Assembly (NCBI GenBank): GCA_048938105.1
Contig: JBHLMN010000002.1
Coordinates: forward strand, 256,001-320,000
Source of the DNA: Promethearchaeota archaeon
Lineage (GTDB): Archaea; Asgardarchaeota; Heimdallarchaeia; Hodarchaeales; Hodarchaeaceae
Length of the DNA: 64,000 bases
Direction of reading: 5' to 3'
Shown here piece by piece: positions 30,530-40,876 of the stretch (within the stretch, counting starts at the first letter, position 1; each line of letters opens with the position of its first letter). Below the pieces are notes generated by a model, which was not told where the DNA came from, ran no database searches, and saw nothing but the letters and a program-made list of their open reading frames with translations. The translations under genes and the position numbers were made by a program.

Positions 30530-31066
30530 TTAATTGGCTCTTTTCCCTAGATCAATGAATATCCGCTCATCTCCACCAATTATTTCTCCCTTAGCAAGGT
30601 AAAACGTTAAAAAGACCTTATCAGGGCTGATAACGCTGAATGAACGGGACTCCACAGAAATAATCAGCCCAATTGAGGTTTTCCAATTAGAAATAGCGGG
30701 ATACGGAAGTTTTTCAGGTTTTGCATATAAATGAATTTCATTCACCTGTTGATTGTAAAATTTAAAAGGTTGAGATGAGATATTGAATACTAAATATGGG
30801 AGTAACGGATTATTTTGCTGAAAATACAAGTTTGTCTCTTGAATAATCATACGGATACTCTGATCGTTGATAAAAAGATCATCTTGATCAATCCAATATT
30901 GTAGATTTTCTTGGATTGCTTCTAATTCTCCTTTACTTGCTCCTGTTTCCTTTAAATGGAAATAATTCTTTGATGGGTCAGAATAATAAAAATATAGAGT
31001 TTGTTGAATTTGATTTAGATATATTTTGAAATAAGCTTCAACAAATATTGGTTTTTCTTTACCCAT
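30530..31066 (-). CDS. Hypothetical protein
   Basis: 178-aa ORF. Confidence 0.65.
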   Translation of the reverse strand: MGKEKPIFVEAYFKIYLNQIQQTLYFYYSDPSKNYFHLKETGASKGELEAIQENLQYWIDQDDLFINDQSIRMIIQETNLYFQQNNPLLPYLVFNISSQPFKFYNQQVNEIHLYAKPEKLPYPAISNWKTSIGLIISVESRSFSVISPDKVFLTFYLAKGEIIGGDERIFIDLGKRAN

Positions 31067-31161
31067 TTCTCTTTCGCCTTAATTTCCAGAGAAATATTTA
31101 CTCCAATCTTGATGCAAATTGAAAATTTATATATTAAATCATTTTCCTCTAGAGCTGAAGT

Positions 31162-32226
31162 ATGATGAAAGTTATGCCATTAGGAAAGGCTCCCTGGTCT
31201 TTACTTGTCGAGCTTGTTAAGAAACAGGGGTTTAGACATAGAGGAGTATTACAAACCGCTGAGGAGGGCGTTGATGTTGCCATCCTAGATCTCCAATCAG
31301 TAATTGCAGAAGTTAATGAGTTCTATAATACACAAAGTATTCCGTACTTAGTTTATAAAGCGGATCCAATAACGTTTCCAACTCCAAATCCTTCAGAGTA
31401 CCTCATTACTGTTAACAAAAATGACCTGGCAACAGCTGGAGCCCTTCCTTATGGAATTACGGTCACAATTCTGCTACCTCCCAAATCTACTGAATCTACA
31501 CTCTTAAAACTCCAATCTAATCTTTCTGCTATTTGTGACAAATATAAAATCTCAATATTAGGTGGACATACCGAAATCTCTCAGACAGTGCAAAATCCAA
31601 TACTTTCTGCTAGTATGATCGGGTTTGTCCCTCCAGAATTTTACATTCCTCGTAATCCCCAGGTTGGTGATTCAATAATATGTTCAGGCTGGATTGGAGC
31701 AGAAGGAACAGGGATATTATTAGCAGAAGCCGATGATTTATTTTCTAATCATTTAGATCCGATCGAATATCAACAAGGTATTGATATTGGTAATAAATTA
31801 GACATATCTAATCAAGTTGTAACCTGTAATCGAAAATGGCATACTGATTTACATCTGGTTCATGATGCAACTGAAGGAGGAATCTTTGGTGCGATCTATG
31901 AATGTTTGGCACCAAAAGGATTTGGGGCTAAAATAATGTCAAAAAAAATTCCTCTCGCGCCTGTAACGAAAAAGATGGCTGATATTTTAAAAATAAACCC
32001 CTTTAAATTGTTGGCTTCAGGTGCAGTCCTGCTTATATGTGATAGTGAAAAAGCTCCAGAAATTGCTCATTTTTTAAATGAAAACCATTATCCTGCTGAG
32101 ATTATTGGTAGAGTAACAGAAAAAGGAAGTCCAATTCGAGTAGATGGTAGGCTTATCCAACCACCTGAAGCTGATCAGATTATCCAAGGATTAAAACAAC
32201 TTTCTAGATTAAAAAATACCAATTAA
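31162..32226 (+). CDS. AIR-synthase (PurM/HypE/ThiL) superfamily protein
   Basis: GVDVA, ADPIT, NDLATAGA, GGHTE, HDATEGG. Confidence 0.85.
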   Translation: MMKVMPLGKAPWSLLVELVKKQGFRHRGVLQTAEEGVDVAILDLQSVIAEVNEFYNTQSIPYLVYKADPITFPTPNPSEYLITVNKNDLATAGALPYGITVTILLPPKSTESTLLKLQSNLSAICDKYKISILGGHTEISQTVQNPILSASMIGFVPPEFYIPRNPQVGDSIICSGWIGAEGTGILLAEADDLFSNHLDPIEYQQGIDIGNKLDISNQVVTCNRKWHTDLHLVHDATEGGIFGAIYECLAPKGFGAKIMSKKIPLAPVTKKMADILKINPFKLLASGAVLLICDSEKAPEIAHFLNENHYPAEIIGRVTEKGSPIRVDGRLIQPPEADQIIQGLKQLSRLKNTN

Positions 32227-33284
32227 TGTCCTGTAACGCCTGTATCCATTTGAACTATGAAAGAATCACCAAAAACATGCAATGCTTCCCTTATTCTGAT
32301 CGCATTCTCCTTATCTACCGCAAGCGCAAACATACATCCTCCGAATCCAGCACCAGTAAGTTTTGCTCCTAAGGCTCCTTTATCTATAGCAGTTTTACAC
32401 ATAACATCAAGTTTTGGATGTGAAACTTTATAGTTTTCTTTTAAATAATATTGTTGTTCTGTCAGAAGTCTACCTATATAATTCAAATCATAATTTTTTC
32501 TCTTCAATTCTTCAAAAGCAGCTTGGGTATTATCACGAATTCCAATAACACCTAGTAACCGTTTTTGTTGTAATTGTGAAAGCTTTGCTAATCTTATCAC
32601 TTCTTCGGTTAAATCATTCAATTTAGGAGTGTTAAAATCCTTTAATGCCTGAAAAATATCCTGCTGTACTTTTTTTAGAGGAATATCTGCTTTTCTTTTA
32701 ACACCTGAGTTGGCAATGATGAAATAGACGTTTTTCAAGGAATAAATGGGTGTAATCTCAGGTTTTCCTTGGGAAGTCATATAAAAAATCCCACCTAAAG
32801 AACATGCATATTGATCCATCCTTCCACAAGAGATTCCTAAAATATCATGTTCACAAAAATAAGCTATCTCTGCAATTTTTTCTTCGTTAAAATTATACTT
32901 TAGTATTAAATTTGATATTAGAAAGACCATAGTGGTAAGAAGAGCAGCTGAAGACGACATCCCCGCTCGTATTGGAATACTACTATCGATTAATATCTCA
33001 GAAGGGAGAAAAAGATTCAGTTCCTCCCAAAAATAAAGAAGAGCTGCTTTTAGATAATCATAAGGAGAACCTGTGATTTGCGGCTTATCAGTAAGAATGA
33101 GTTTTTCAACCTGATTCAATTGATGACTCTGGAGTTTCACATTAGTTGATCCTTTATGGAGCTGATAATACAATTTTAATCGCTTATTAATGGCCATTGG
33201 GATAACAGGGAGACCAAGATAATCTTGATGTTCACCAAAGAGACAAATTCTGCCAGGAGAGCTAACATATCCTTTATTTTGCAT
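32223..33284 (-). CDS. GHMP kinase, galactokinase-like
   Basis: PGRICLFGEHQDY, PIRAGMSSSAA, CGRMDQ, GAKLTGAGFGG. Confidence 0.85.
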   Translation of the reverse strand: MQNKGYVSSPGRICLFGEHQDYLGLPVIPMAINKRLKLYYQLHKGSTNVKLQSHQLNQVEKLILTDKPQITGSPYDYLKAALLYFWEELNLFLPSEILIDSSIPIRAGMSSSAALLTTMVFLISNLILKYNFNEEKIAEIAYFCEHDILGISCGRMDQYACSLGGIFYMTSQGKPEITPIYSLKNVYFIIANSGVKRKADIPLKKVQQDIFQALKDFNTPKLNDLTEEVIRLAKLSQLQQKRLLGVIGIRDNTQAAFEELKRKNYDLNYIGRLLTEQQYYLKENYKVSHPKLDVMCKTAIDKGALGAKLTGAGFGGCMFALAVDKENAIRIREALHVFGDSFIVQMDTGVTGH

Positions 33285-33477
33285 ATTGAGAAGTAGAACT
33301 ACTGGACTATTTTTATCCTTTTTTATGAGATTATCTATAATCTCTTTGCCGTCCCATTCTGGATGAGAGAAATGCAAGCTAATATCTTCTAAATTATTGA
33401 ACTTATTCTGATATTATTTGGAAATTAGCGTCTACTGAGAATTTAAAAGGAGATCAACATTTGTAGTTATTAGAAAA

Positions 33478-33812
33478 ATGTTAGAAGCCAAAGAACTCCA
33501 AGATTATCAGATTGAAGATGAAAACCTTACAATAAGAGCAAAATTGATTTTCACCTACTATTATTAGCGATACTGACTGCTTTTGATCTCGAAATAACAG
33601 AAAATCAGATTTACCAGAACATGAAGAGGCTATTTATTCAGCTTAATCTTCCAGTCAAGAGAAATTTTGCTTCCAAAGTTCGGTTTAGTCTCTCTTTTTT
33701 ACTTCAGGACGATTTAATTTTCAATCAGAGATCCAAATATAGTATTTCAGAGAAAGGTGAGCCTTTAGGCATCCATGTTTTGAAATGTTTCCGTCAGACA
33801 TTCCAGTATTAA
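33478..33812 (+). pseudogene. Possible frameshifted remnant of a winged-helix-like gene
   Basis: The frame of the 63-aa ORF stays open upstream to about 33522 (DFHLLLLAILTAFDLEITENQIY...YSISEKG). The apparent N-terminus MLEAKELQ is in another frame. Confidence 0.3.
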
Positions 33813-33975
33813 CCAATCTTACATTCTCTTTGCCTGTTATAACAAGCCATTATGCCATAGAGTCAAAGTACTAGTGAGCTAAAAAACCACCGCTATGCAC
33901 ATATAATCAAACATAAGCCACATATTTATAGTTGTATTAACTATTTTATCTAATACACATAAAGGAGTTAGATCA

Positions 33976-34845
33976 ATGACCCTCAAAATTAAAGTGGAGA
34001 ATTTAGATTTATTTACTAAGGTACTGAATGCAGCAGCGGCTGTTTTAGAGGATGACGGAACATTCTTGATAACTCCTCAAGATGGTATGACTCTTAGAAA
34101 CATGGATAAGTCACGATTTGCAATGGTTGATCTGAAAATTCAACCCACCTATTTTGGTGATAACTTTGAGTGTGATAAAGAATATCTCATTACTGTGCAA
34201 ATGCAAGACCTTAAAAAAATCCTACAACGTGCTAGAAGAGATGATACTTTAACCTTGGAATTGGATGAAGCCAATGATACTCTGTCTTTTCTTTATGAAA
34301 GTCATATAAAGAGACGATTTGTGTTACCTCTCACAATGGCGGAGGAGAATGTCTTACCCGATCCCACCTCACTTAAGCATGATGCTCAAGCCAGACTTAA
34401 AGGTGGAGCATTAACAGAATTCATTAAAGATGCTGCAATCATCGGTGGTAGTATCAAAATCACTGCTGACACAGGAAAATTAAGTTTTAGTAGTTCCCAA
34501 GATAAAAAAGAGGTCAAGATAGACCTTGATGTTAGTTCAGATGAATCTGAAGCCCTTGAAATTTCAGCTGAAGGGCGTTCTGAGGCATTATACTCAATAG
34601 ATACATTTAAAAATCTCATTCTGGTTGATCAAGCCTTTGCAGTTGTAAATCTTGCTTTTAGTACTGACCACCCCTTGAAATTAATGTACACGAATGATAC
34701 TGGGATTGTATTAGGTTATCTTCTCGCACCTATGCAACCAGAGGCTGGAATGGAAGAAGATGAGGATATGGAAGGAGCCTATGAAGATGAGGATTGGGAT
34801 GAAGACGAAGACGAAGATGAGGATTGGGATGAAGACGAAGATTAG
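33976..34845 (+). CDS. pcn: PCNA sliding clamp with acidic C-terminal tail
   Basis: MDKSRFAMVDL, PLKL, YLLAP; co-oriented with rfcS and rfcL. Confidence 0.92.
   Translation: MTLKIKVENLDLFTKVLNAAAAVLEDDGTFLITPQDGMTLRNMDKSRFAMVDLKIQPTYFGDNFECDKEYLITVQMQDLKKILQRARRDDTLTLELDEANDTLSFLYESHIKRRFVLPLTMAEENVLPDPTSLKHDAQARLKGGALTEFIKDAAIIGGSIKITADTGKLSFSSSQDKKEVKIDLDVSSDESEALEISAEGRSEALYSIDTFKNLILVDQAFAVVNLAFSTDHPLKLMYTNDTGIVLGYLLAPMQPEAGMEEDEDMEGAYEDEDWDEDEDEDEDWDEDED
34783..34842 (+). repeat. 30-bp tandem duplication encoding EDEDWDEDED x2
   Basis: gaagatgaggattgggatgaagacgaaga(c/t) repeated twice at the end of pcn. Confidence 0.9.
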
Positions 34846-34886
34846 AATGAGAAGATAAAAGCCACTAAATCCGTACAGGTTTAGAA

Positions 34887-35885
34887 ATGGGGAAAAAATT
34901 GGTCAAAATTGAGCGAATGTGGACTGAATCATTTCGTCCAAGGACGTTAGATGATGTCGTTGGCCAAACAGATATCGTTGAACGTTTAAAACAATTTGTA
35001 CAAAGGGTCGATTTTCCCCATATGCTCTTCTCAGGCCCCGCAGGAGTAGGAAAAACAACCTGTGCTGAGGCAATTGTCAACCATATTTATCCTCCTGTTG
35101 AACGAAGTAGTAACGTAAAACGGCTAAACGCCTCTGATGATCGCGGAATTAACGTGGTTCGTCAAGACATAAAGAATTTTGCTAGAATTATACCCTCAGG
35201 ATCCTCTAGTTACAAAATAATTATTCTTGATGAAGCTGATCAGATGACGAGCGACGCACAACATGCAATGCGTCAGACAATGGAACGATATAATGAGATA
35301 ACCCGCTTTATTCTTATTTGTAACTATAGCTCAAAAATAATTTCTCCTATCCAATCACGATGTGCAATTTTCCGTTTTAAGGGGCTTAATAGTGACGAAA
35401 TAAAGTCTCGACTCCAGTATATTGCTGAAAAGAAGCAGTTACATATAGATGAAGAAGCGTTCGATGCGTTATATGAAAGCTCCGAGGGTGATCTTCGTCA
35501 AGCAATTAACGCTCTTCAAGCTTCTGCTTCTCTTACTTCTGATATCAGTGTTGATGTGGTTTACCAGGTTCAAGGATATGTTAAACCAACAGAAGTAAGG
35601 GCTGCTCTTATGGAGTGTTTAGAAACCCATCCTAATTTTTCTGCAGCTAGAAAACGTATTCAAGTCTTAATGGAATCATATGGGCTTTCTGGACAGGATC
35701 TTGTCAAACATCTTAATAGAGAGCTAAGTCGGATATCTGATGATGAAATTTCTGAATCTGTCAGATTTGCAGCTCTTTCAATGCTTTCTGAAGTGGATTA
35801 CCGTATCGCTTCTGGTTCTAATCCCCAGATTCAATTAGATGCATTCTTAGCAAAAATGATCTCAGTTGCACAAAAACAGAGGTAG
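34887..35885 (+). CDS. rfcS: Replication factor C small subunit
   Basis: WTESFRP, GPAGVGKTT, LNASDDRG, LDEAD, QSRC, GDLR. Confidence 0.95.
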   Translation: MGKKLVKIERMWTESFRPRTLDDVVGQTDIVERLKQFVQRVDFPHMLFSGPAGVGKTTCAEAIVNHIYPPVERSSNVKRLNASDDRGINVVRQDIKNFARIIPSGSSSYKIIILDEADQMTSDAQHAMRQTMERYNEITRFILICNYSSKIISPIQSRCAIFRFKGLNSDEIKSRLQYIAEKKQLHIDEEAFDALYESSEGDLRQAINALQASASLTSDISVDVVYQVQGYVKPTEVRAALMECLETHPNFSAARKRIQVLMESYGLSGQDLVKHLNRELSRISDDEISESVRFAALSMLSEVDYRIASGSNPQIQLDAFLAKMISVAQKQR

Positions 35886-35890
35886 AATTC

Positions 35891-37531
35891 TTGGGCTCAT
35901 CTTGGGTTCAGAAACATGCGCCAAGACGTCGTTCAGAAGTTGTTGGCAATAAAGAAAGTGTTAACTCTATTATTGCTTATTTAAACCGATTTCGTAATCC
36001 AAAATTAAGATCTAAGCTCGTTAAAAAAGCAATTTTATTATATGGTCCTCCAGGAATCGGGAAAACGAGTTCCGTTTTAGCAATAGCAAAAGGTTTGAAT
36101 TTTGATGTTGTAACAGTTAACGCTAGTGACAATCGAAATAAAAACTCTCTTCAGAGTGTTCGTAATGCATCAATTTTCAGTTCTCTTAAAGAAAATTTAG
36201 ATTCAAAAGTTGTTGGTCAAATTTTATTGATTGATGAAGTAGATGGACTAAGTGGAACTGCAGATAGGGGAGGATTGAAAGAAATCGTGGATATAATAAC
36301 TTCTACTCGGATTCCACTAATCTTAACGGCCAATGATGTTTCGTCACAGAAATTTAAAACTCTTAGGAAATATTGTGAGTTACGTGAATTTAAACCTCCC
36401 AGATCTGAAGAAATTTTAGAAATTCTACAAAGGATTGTCGAAGTAGAATCGATATCTGTATCTAAGACAATTTTACTTCAATTGATTGAAATGAGCCAGA
36501 ATGATATACGTGGTTCAATCAATTCGTTACAAATATTAGCTAGTGGGAAAAAAGAAATTGTTAAGGAAGATCTTAATATAATCACTTATCGAGACACAAC
36601 TGTTGATATCCGTGAATTTTTCAGAACATTATTTGTGGATGGGGATGGAGATAAGGCTTACCTACAGACACGTACGTTAAGTGATGTTGATTACAATAAA
36701 CTTCTTCTACTTCTTCGTGATTTATCCATCTATTTTTTACCAAAAAATAATTATGAACAGATAGCTCAGGTTTACGATTTGTTAGCCAAAGCAGATGTGG
36801 CTTTAACTCGTTCACAGAGGAAAATGATTTGGTCACAACTTGCATATTTCTACAGCTATTGTACAAAAGAATTAGCTAGTGTTATCACCCCAGTTCCTGA
36901 ATTACCTTCTTTTCCAGATTGGCAATTACAGGTACCAACATATTGGATAACACTTTCTAGACAAAAAAAAGGGAGAAGAATCGCTACCAAAGTTGGCCGT
37001 GCATGTCAAGTCTCGTCACAGAGAGCAATAAACTTCTTTTTTCCCTATTTACGGTTTATTTTTCAACACAATCCTGAGTTGGCAGCAGAATTAGCTTTGG
37101 AGTTTCAATTCTTCGATGTTGAACCTGGAAAGCGAAAATCTAAGATCATCTGGAATGGTGAAATTGATTATTTTGTTAAAAATAAAGACATAAACCGTGC
37201 AATCAAAAAAAGGATTCGTGAACTCTATCCTCAATTAGAGCGTATTCGAGAACGAACCATTAATGCGGAAAGATTAGAAAAGATTAAGGAACAACAAGAG
37301 CTGATGAGGATAGAAGTTCAAAAAGGAAAAAATGATATCCCCCAAGATAGATTGAAATCTTCAATTAAGATCGAATCTACTCAACAGGTTACGAAGTCTC
37401 ATAAAAAGAGAACAAAAAAAACCAAGAAAAAAGAGTCAAGAAAACCAAAAGAATCTCAAACTAAGACAGAATCGCGAAAACAAAAAAATAAAAAGCTCTC
37501 TTCTGAGAAAACCTTGTCAGATTTTTTTTAA
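35891..37531 (+). CDS. rfcL: Replication factor C large subunit
   Basis: GPPGIGKT, NASD, IDEVDG; C-terminal PIP-like EKTLSDFF. Confidence 0.93.
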   Translation: MGSSWVQKHAPRRRSEVVGNKESVNSIIAYLNRFRNPKLRSKLVKKAILLYGPPGIGKTSSVLAIAKGLNFDVVTVNASDNRNKNSLQSVRNASIFSSLKENLDSKVVGQILLIDEVDGLSGTADRGGLKEIVDIITSTRIPLILTANDVSSQKFKTLRKYCELREFKPPRSEEILEILQRIVEVESISVSKTILLQLIEMSQNDIRGSINSLQILASGKKEIVKEDLNIITYRDTTVDIREFFRTLFVDGDGDKAYLQTRTLSDVDYNKLLLLLRDLSIYFLPKNNYEQIAQVYDLLAKADVALTRSQRKMIWSQLAYFYSYCTKELASVITPVPELPSFPDWQLQVPTYWITLSRQKKGRRIATKVGRACQVSSQRAINFFFPYLRFIFQHNPELAAELALEFQFFDVEPGKRKSKIIWNGEIDYFVKNKDINRAIKKRIRELYPQLERIRERTINAERLEKIKEQQELMRIEVQKGKNDIPQDRLKSSIKIESTQQVTKSHKKRTKKTKKKESRKPKESQTKTESRKQKNKKLSSEKTLSDFF

Positions 37532-37557
37532 TTTTTCAATTTAGTCAAGATAGAGGG

Positions 37558-39480
37558 TCATTTTAATTCATTCAATTGAAAATTTGTTTTTTGTTGGACA
37601 TACCATATCTCCAATTCTTCTGCTTCTTTTGAAACTCGTTTTAGGGTGTTTATTCCCACCTCCTCATTCCCTGATTTTATCCGCAGATTTGCTTTTAAAA
37701 GGTTAGAATCAAGAATGAAAGCTTTTGATCCAGACATCATTGCACTTTCCTCTGCAAGAGTACAATGGTTTTCTGCTTGCTTTAAATTTCCTTTCTCCAT
37801 TTCTATATAAGATAGATTTAGATTTGCATCAATAGACACTTTTAAATCAGCTAAATCCGTCTTAGTAATCTCTAACGACTTTTGATACCATTTACGTGCC
37901 TTAGAAAAATCTTGCATCAAGAGATGAATGTATCCCATGCTAAGATAGATACGTGAGAGACCATGAATGGAATTCCATTTGAGAAAAACCTTTTCTGAAC
38001 GGTTCAATAACTTTAATGCCTGTGATTCATGAGAGTGCAAAGCTAGGAGTTCTGATAACAAGACAACATTAAGTGGATTTAATGAGTCCTTACTTTGAAA
38101 TAGTGGTTGTATGGTTCTAATGGCTTGAGGAAAATTTCTCAAATTACGATATAAAGTAGCCTCTGCTCGTAAGAATCTACTGAATATTGGAGAATTGGGA
38201 ATAAATTGACGTTGAAACTCACTTCTCTTTGCAAAATAGGTTAAAGCTCGATTGAATTGCCCTCGGTACACTGAAATATATCCTTTCATATGATTAATTT
38301 CTAGTATTAGTTGGTGCTTATATTCATCAGAGACATCTAGGTGACTAATTGTCCGTTCTGCAAAATTAATGTGTTTCTCTGCTTTCATCCAAAGATTAAG
38401 ACCAATTAATGTTTGAGCGTAATTTATATTTGCATCAAGGAAATATAATCCTTTCATTCTATCATCCGCAGTACGAATAGCCGAATTCAGGTGACGAAGG
38501 GACCATTCTTGTGATTCATTGAAGCGGCTTAAATTACGAAAAAAATGGCTTAATTTTTCCTCTGAAAACATTACTGCAAGATAATTCTTCTGTTTCGTGA
38601 ATAGGTCAATTTCTGATGCAAGATTATCTAATGCTTTTTTGTACATTCCTTGTCTCCAATAAGCATCAGATATTTCTGAGTAGCATTCAGCAAGAGACGC
38701 AGGATTTTTAAGAGTCTCATAAATGGATTTAGCATGATTGAGGAAACGGAGCCCCTCAGTAATTGTAGCATTGATCTGTCTCAAAAGAGAACCCACAATA
38801 GATGCAAACCTTGCTCCAGCTTCCCTGCCCTCAAATTCTTGAATTAAGTCAAAAGCGATATTAAAAGAAGCCATCATATCATAATAATTTTTCTCCTGAA
38901 TTGATTCAATTGCTTTAGAAATGTTGTTTGAAACCAATTCATAGGCTGACTTCTCATAAGATCTCCCTAGAGATATTGTATTCCTTTGAACTAGTTTAAC
39001 CAGGTTATCAGGAACATTAAACATTATTAAGAGTTCTTTATCTTTACTGGGAGATAGAGCCGGGTTACGATTCTTTAATATTATCTGGAAAACATGTTCA
39101 AGCCGTTCATTTTCTATATAATTCCATAAAATCTTCGCAGCTCGATGTTCGGCTTCTAGTTGATTATTACCTTCCTCTAAGGCCTTGTAATAGAATGTAT
39201 TAAAGACCCTTAAGAAGTCTTGTTGAAAATGATAGCTTATTACTAGGTTTTCATCATATTGAGCCATTTCTTCCGTGATTATTTGAGAGAAGAGCTTACT
39301 AGCTAATAAAAAGTGAATATCACGATCAGATGTTTTTCTCAGTTGGTTAATTAAAATTGCGATGGTATTGTCTTTCAATTGGGGTTTAAGGTAATCTAGA
39401 TCGCCAAAATGTCTAGAAGGTTCATTCTGAAGATAAACATGAACAAGATGTGAATAATCATTCTGTAGTGATTCATTCAT
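37558..39480 (-). CDS. Tetratricopeptide-repeat-like protein
   Basis: Repeated helical units (MGYIH..ARKWYQKSLEI); start uncertain. Confidence 0.75.
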   Translation of the reverse strand: MNESLQNDYSHLVHVYLQNEPSRHFGDLDYLKPQLKDNTIAILINQLRKTSDRDIHFLLASKLFSQIITEEMAQYDENLVISYHFQQDFLRVFNTFYYKALEEGNNQLEAEHRAAKILWNYIENERLEHVFQIILKNRNPALSPSKDKELLIMFNVPDNLVKLVQRNTISLGRSYEKSAYELVSNNISKAIESIQEKNYYDMMASFNIAFDLIQEFEGREAGARFASIVGSLLRQINATITEGLRFLNHAKSIYETLKNPASLAECYSEISDAYWRQGMYKKALDNLASEIDLFTKQKNYLAVMFSEEKLSHFFRNLSRFNESQEWSLRHLNSAIRTADDRMKGLYFLDANINYAQTLIGLNLWMKAEKHINFAERTISHLDVSDEYKHQLILEINHMKGYISVYRGQFNRALTYFAKRSEFQRQFIPNSPIFSRFLRAEATLYRNLRNFPQAIRTIQPLFQSKDSLNPLNVVLLSELLALHSHESQALKLLNRSEKVFLKWNSIHGLSRIYLSMGYIHLLMQDFSKARKWYQKSLEITKTDLADLKVSIDANLNLSYIEMEKGNLKQAENHCTLAEESAMMSGSKAFILDSNLLKANLRIKSGNEEVGINTLKRVSKEAEELEIWYVQQKTNFQLNELK

Positions 39481-39564
39481 AAGCATCAATAATAAAAGTA
39501 AAAGAGGATTAAAAGACTGACGAATCATTGCATTGTGAAAAGAATAGCGTAAAAAGGTGCTGTA

Positions 39565-40662
39565 ATGACTAAAAACAGTATTTATGCAAATAGATTGATG
39601 AAACTTAAATCTAGTATGAAAGCGGCGCAGATTGAAAGCTTAATCATCTTCCCTGGCGTGAATTTTAGATATATTTTTGGTTTAATGGAAGAACCAAGTG
39701 AGAGACTTTTTGTAGGTATAATTGAAACCGAAAACTCTCCCAAGATGCTAGTTCCTAGTTTTGAAGTAGATCGGGTAAAAAGATTAACAGGAATAACGGA
39801 TTGTATTGGATGGGAAGAGACTCAAGATCCTTATAGTCTACTCCCCAAATTTATGTCCTTAGATCATGGGAAAACAATAGCAATTGAACCAAAAATGTGG
39901 TTCTCAGTATATCAAAAAATTGCTAAAAAATTTCCTGAAAAGAAATTCATATCTGCATCTGTTTTTTTTAATCCGCTACGTGCAGTTAAAGATGAACATG
40001 AACAGAAGCTTCTTTTGAAAGCATCTCAAAAATCGGGAGACGCTATTGTTGCAACATTAAACGAATTAGAGGTTGGTATTTCTGAAGCCGAAGTTAAGTC
40101 TATTCTTAAAGAGAAGCTATCGTGGGGTTTAAATGAAAGGTCAGGATCCTTGGTTCAGTTTGGTGAAAATTCTTCGTTACCTCACTACCCTGGGGGAAAT
40201 AAGAAATTAGTAAAAGACGATATTGTACTCATTGATGCAGGAGGAACTATAGAAAACTATTGGGGTGATATCACTATTACAACAGTCTTTGGAAAGGCTT
40301 CTAGAAGATTCAAAGAAATTTATGATATTGTATATCAAGCTAATAAAATAGGAAAAGAAGCAGTTATCAAAAATAAACTTCCTTCTGATGTTGATTTAGC
40401 AACGAGAGAATTTATCATGAGTAAAGGGCATGGAGAGTTCTTTACTCACAGGACAGGTCATGGTATCGGTTTGGAGGTGCATGAACATCCATATATTGTG
40501 GGGAATAATCGAACACCCTTGGTTCCTGGTAATGTATTTACAATTGAACCTGGAATCTATTTACCAGGTGAATTTGGTATTCGTATTGAAGATAACGTTA
40601 TTAAAACCGAAACAGGAATTAAAACAAGCCAGATTCCTTGGTATGAACTTCTAGAGATTTGA
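39565..40662 (+). CDS. Xaa-Pro peptidase (M24B)
   Basis: IDAG, GDIT, HRTGHGIGLEVHEHP, TIEPG, RIED. Confidence 0.93.
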   Translation: MTKNSIYANRLMKLKSSMKAAQIESLIIFPGVNFRYIFGLMEEPSERLFVGIIETENSPKMLVPSFEVDRVKRLTGITDCIGWEETQDPYSLLPKFMSLDHGKTIAIEPKMWFSVYQKIAKKFPEKKFISASVFFNPLRAVKDEHEQKLLLKASQKSGDAIVATLNELEVGISEAEVKSILKEKLSWGLNERSGSLVQFGENSSLPHYPGGNKKLVKDDIVLIDAGGTIENYWGDITITTVFGKASRRFKEIYDIVYQANKIGKEAVIKNKLPSDVDLATREFIMSKGHGEFFTHRTGHGIGLEVHEHPYIVGNNRTPLVPGNVFTIEPGIYLPGEFGIRIEDNVIKTETGIKTSQIPWYELLEI

Positions 40663-40876
40663 TCATGTTATAAAAATCTAGTGAGAAGTAATCCTCAGAT
40701 TATGGTGAAAGAGATGAATAAATGAAAAAAGGAAAAAACTCACTAATTATTGTGCACGAGAAGCACTTTAAGATTGTTACCGTTTAAGATGAGGCCAAAA
40801 AAACTTCCACAGACTTAAAAAGTGAAAATATTAACGATTAAAAGGAGTTACAGAATCAGGAGGCCTTTGAGAACAT

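Noticed and set aside
31162-32226. Selenophosphate synthetase or HypE call
   Set aside because: It lacks the N-terminal Cys/Sec-x-x-Lys of SelD and the C-terminal PRIC of HypE, so I left it at superfamily level.
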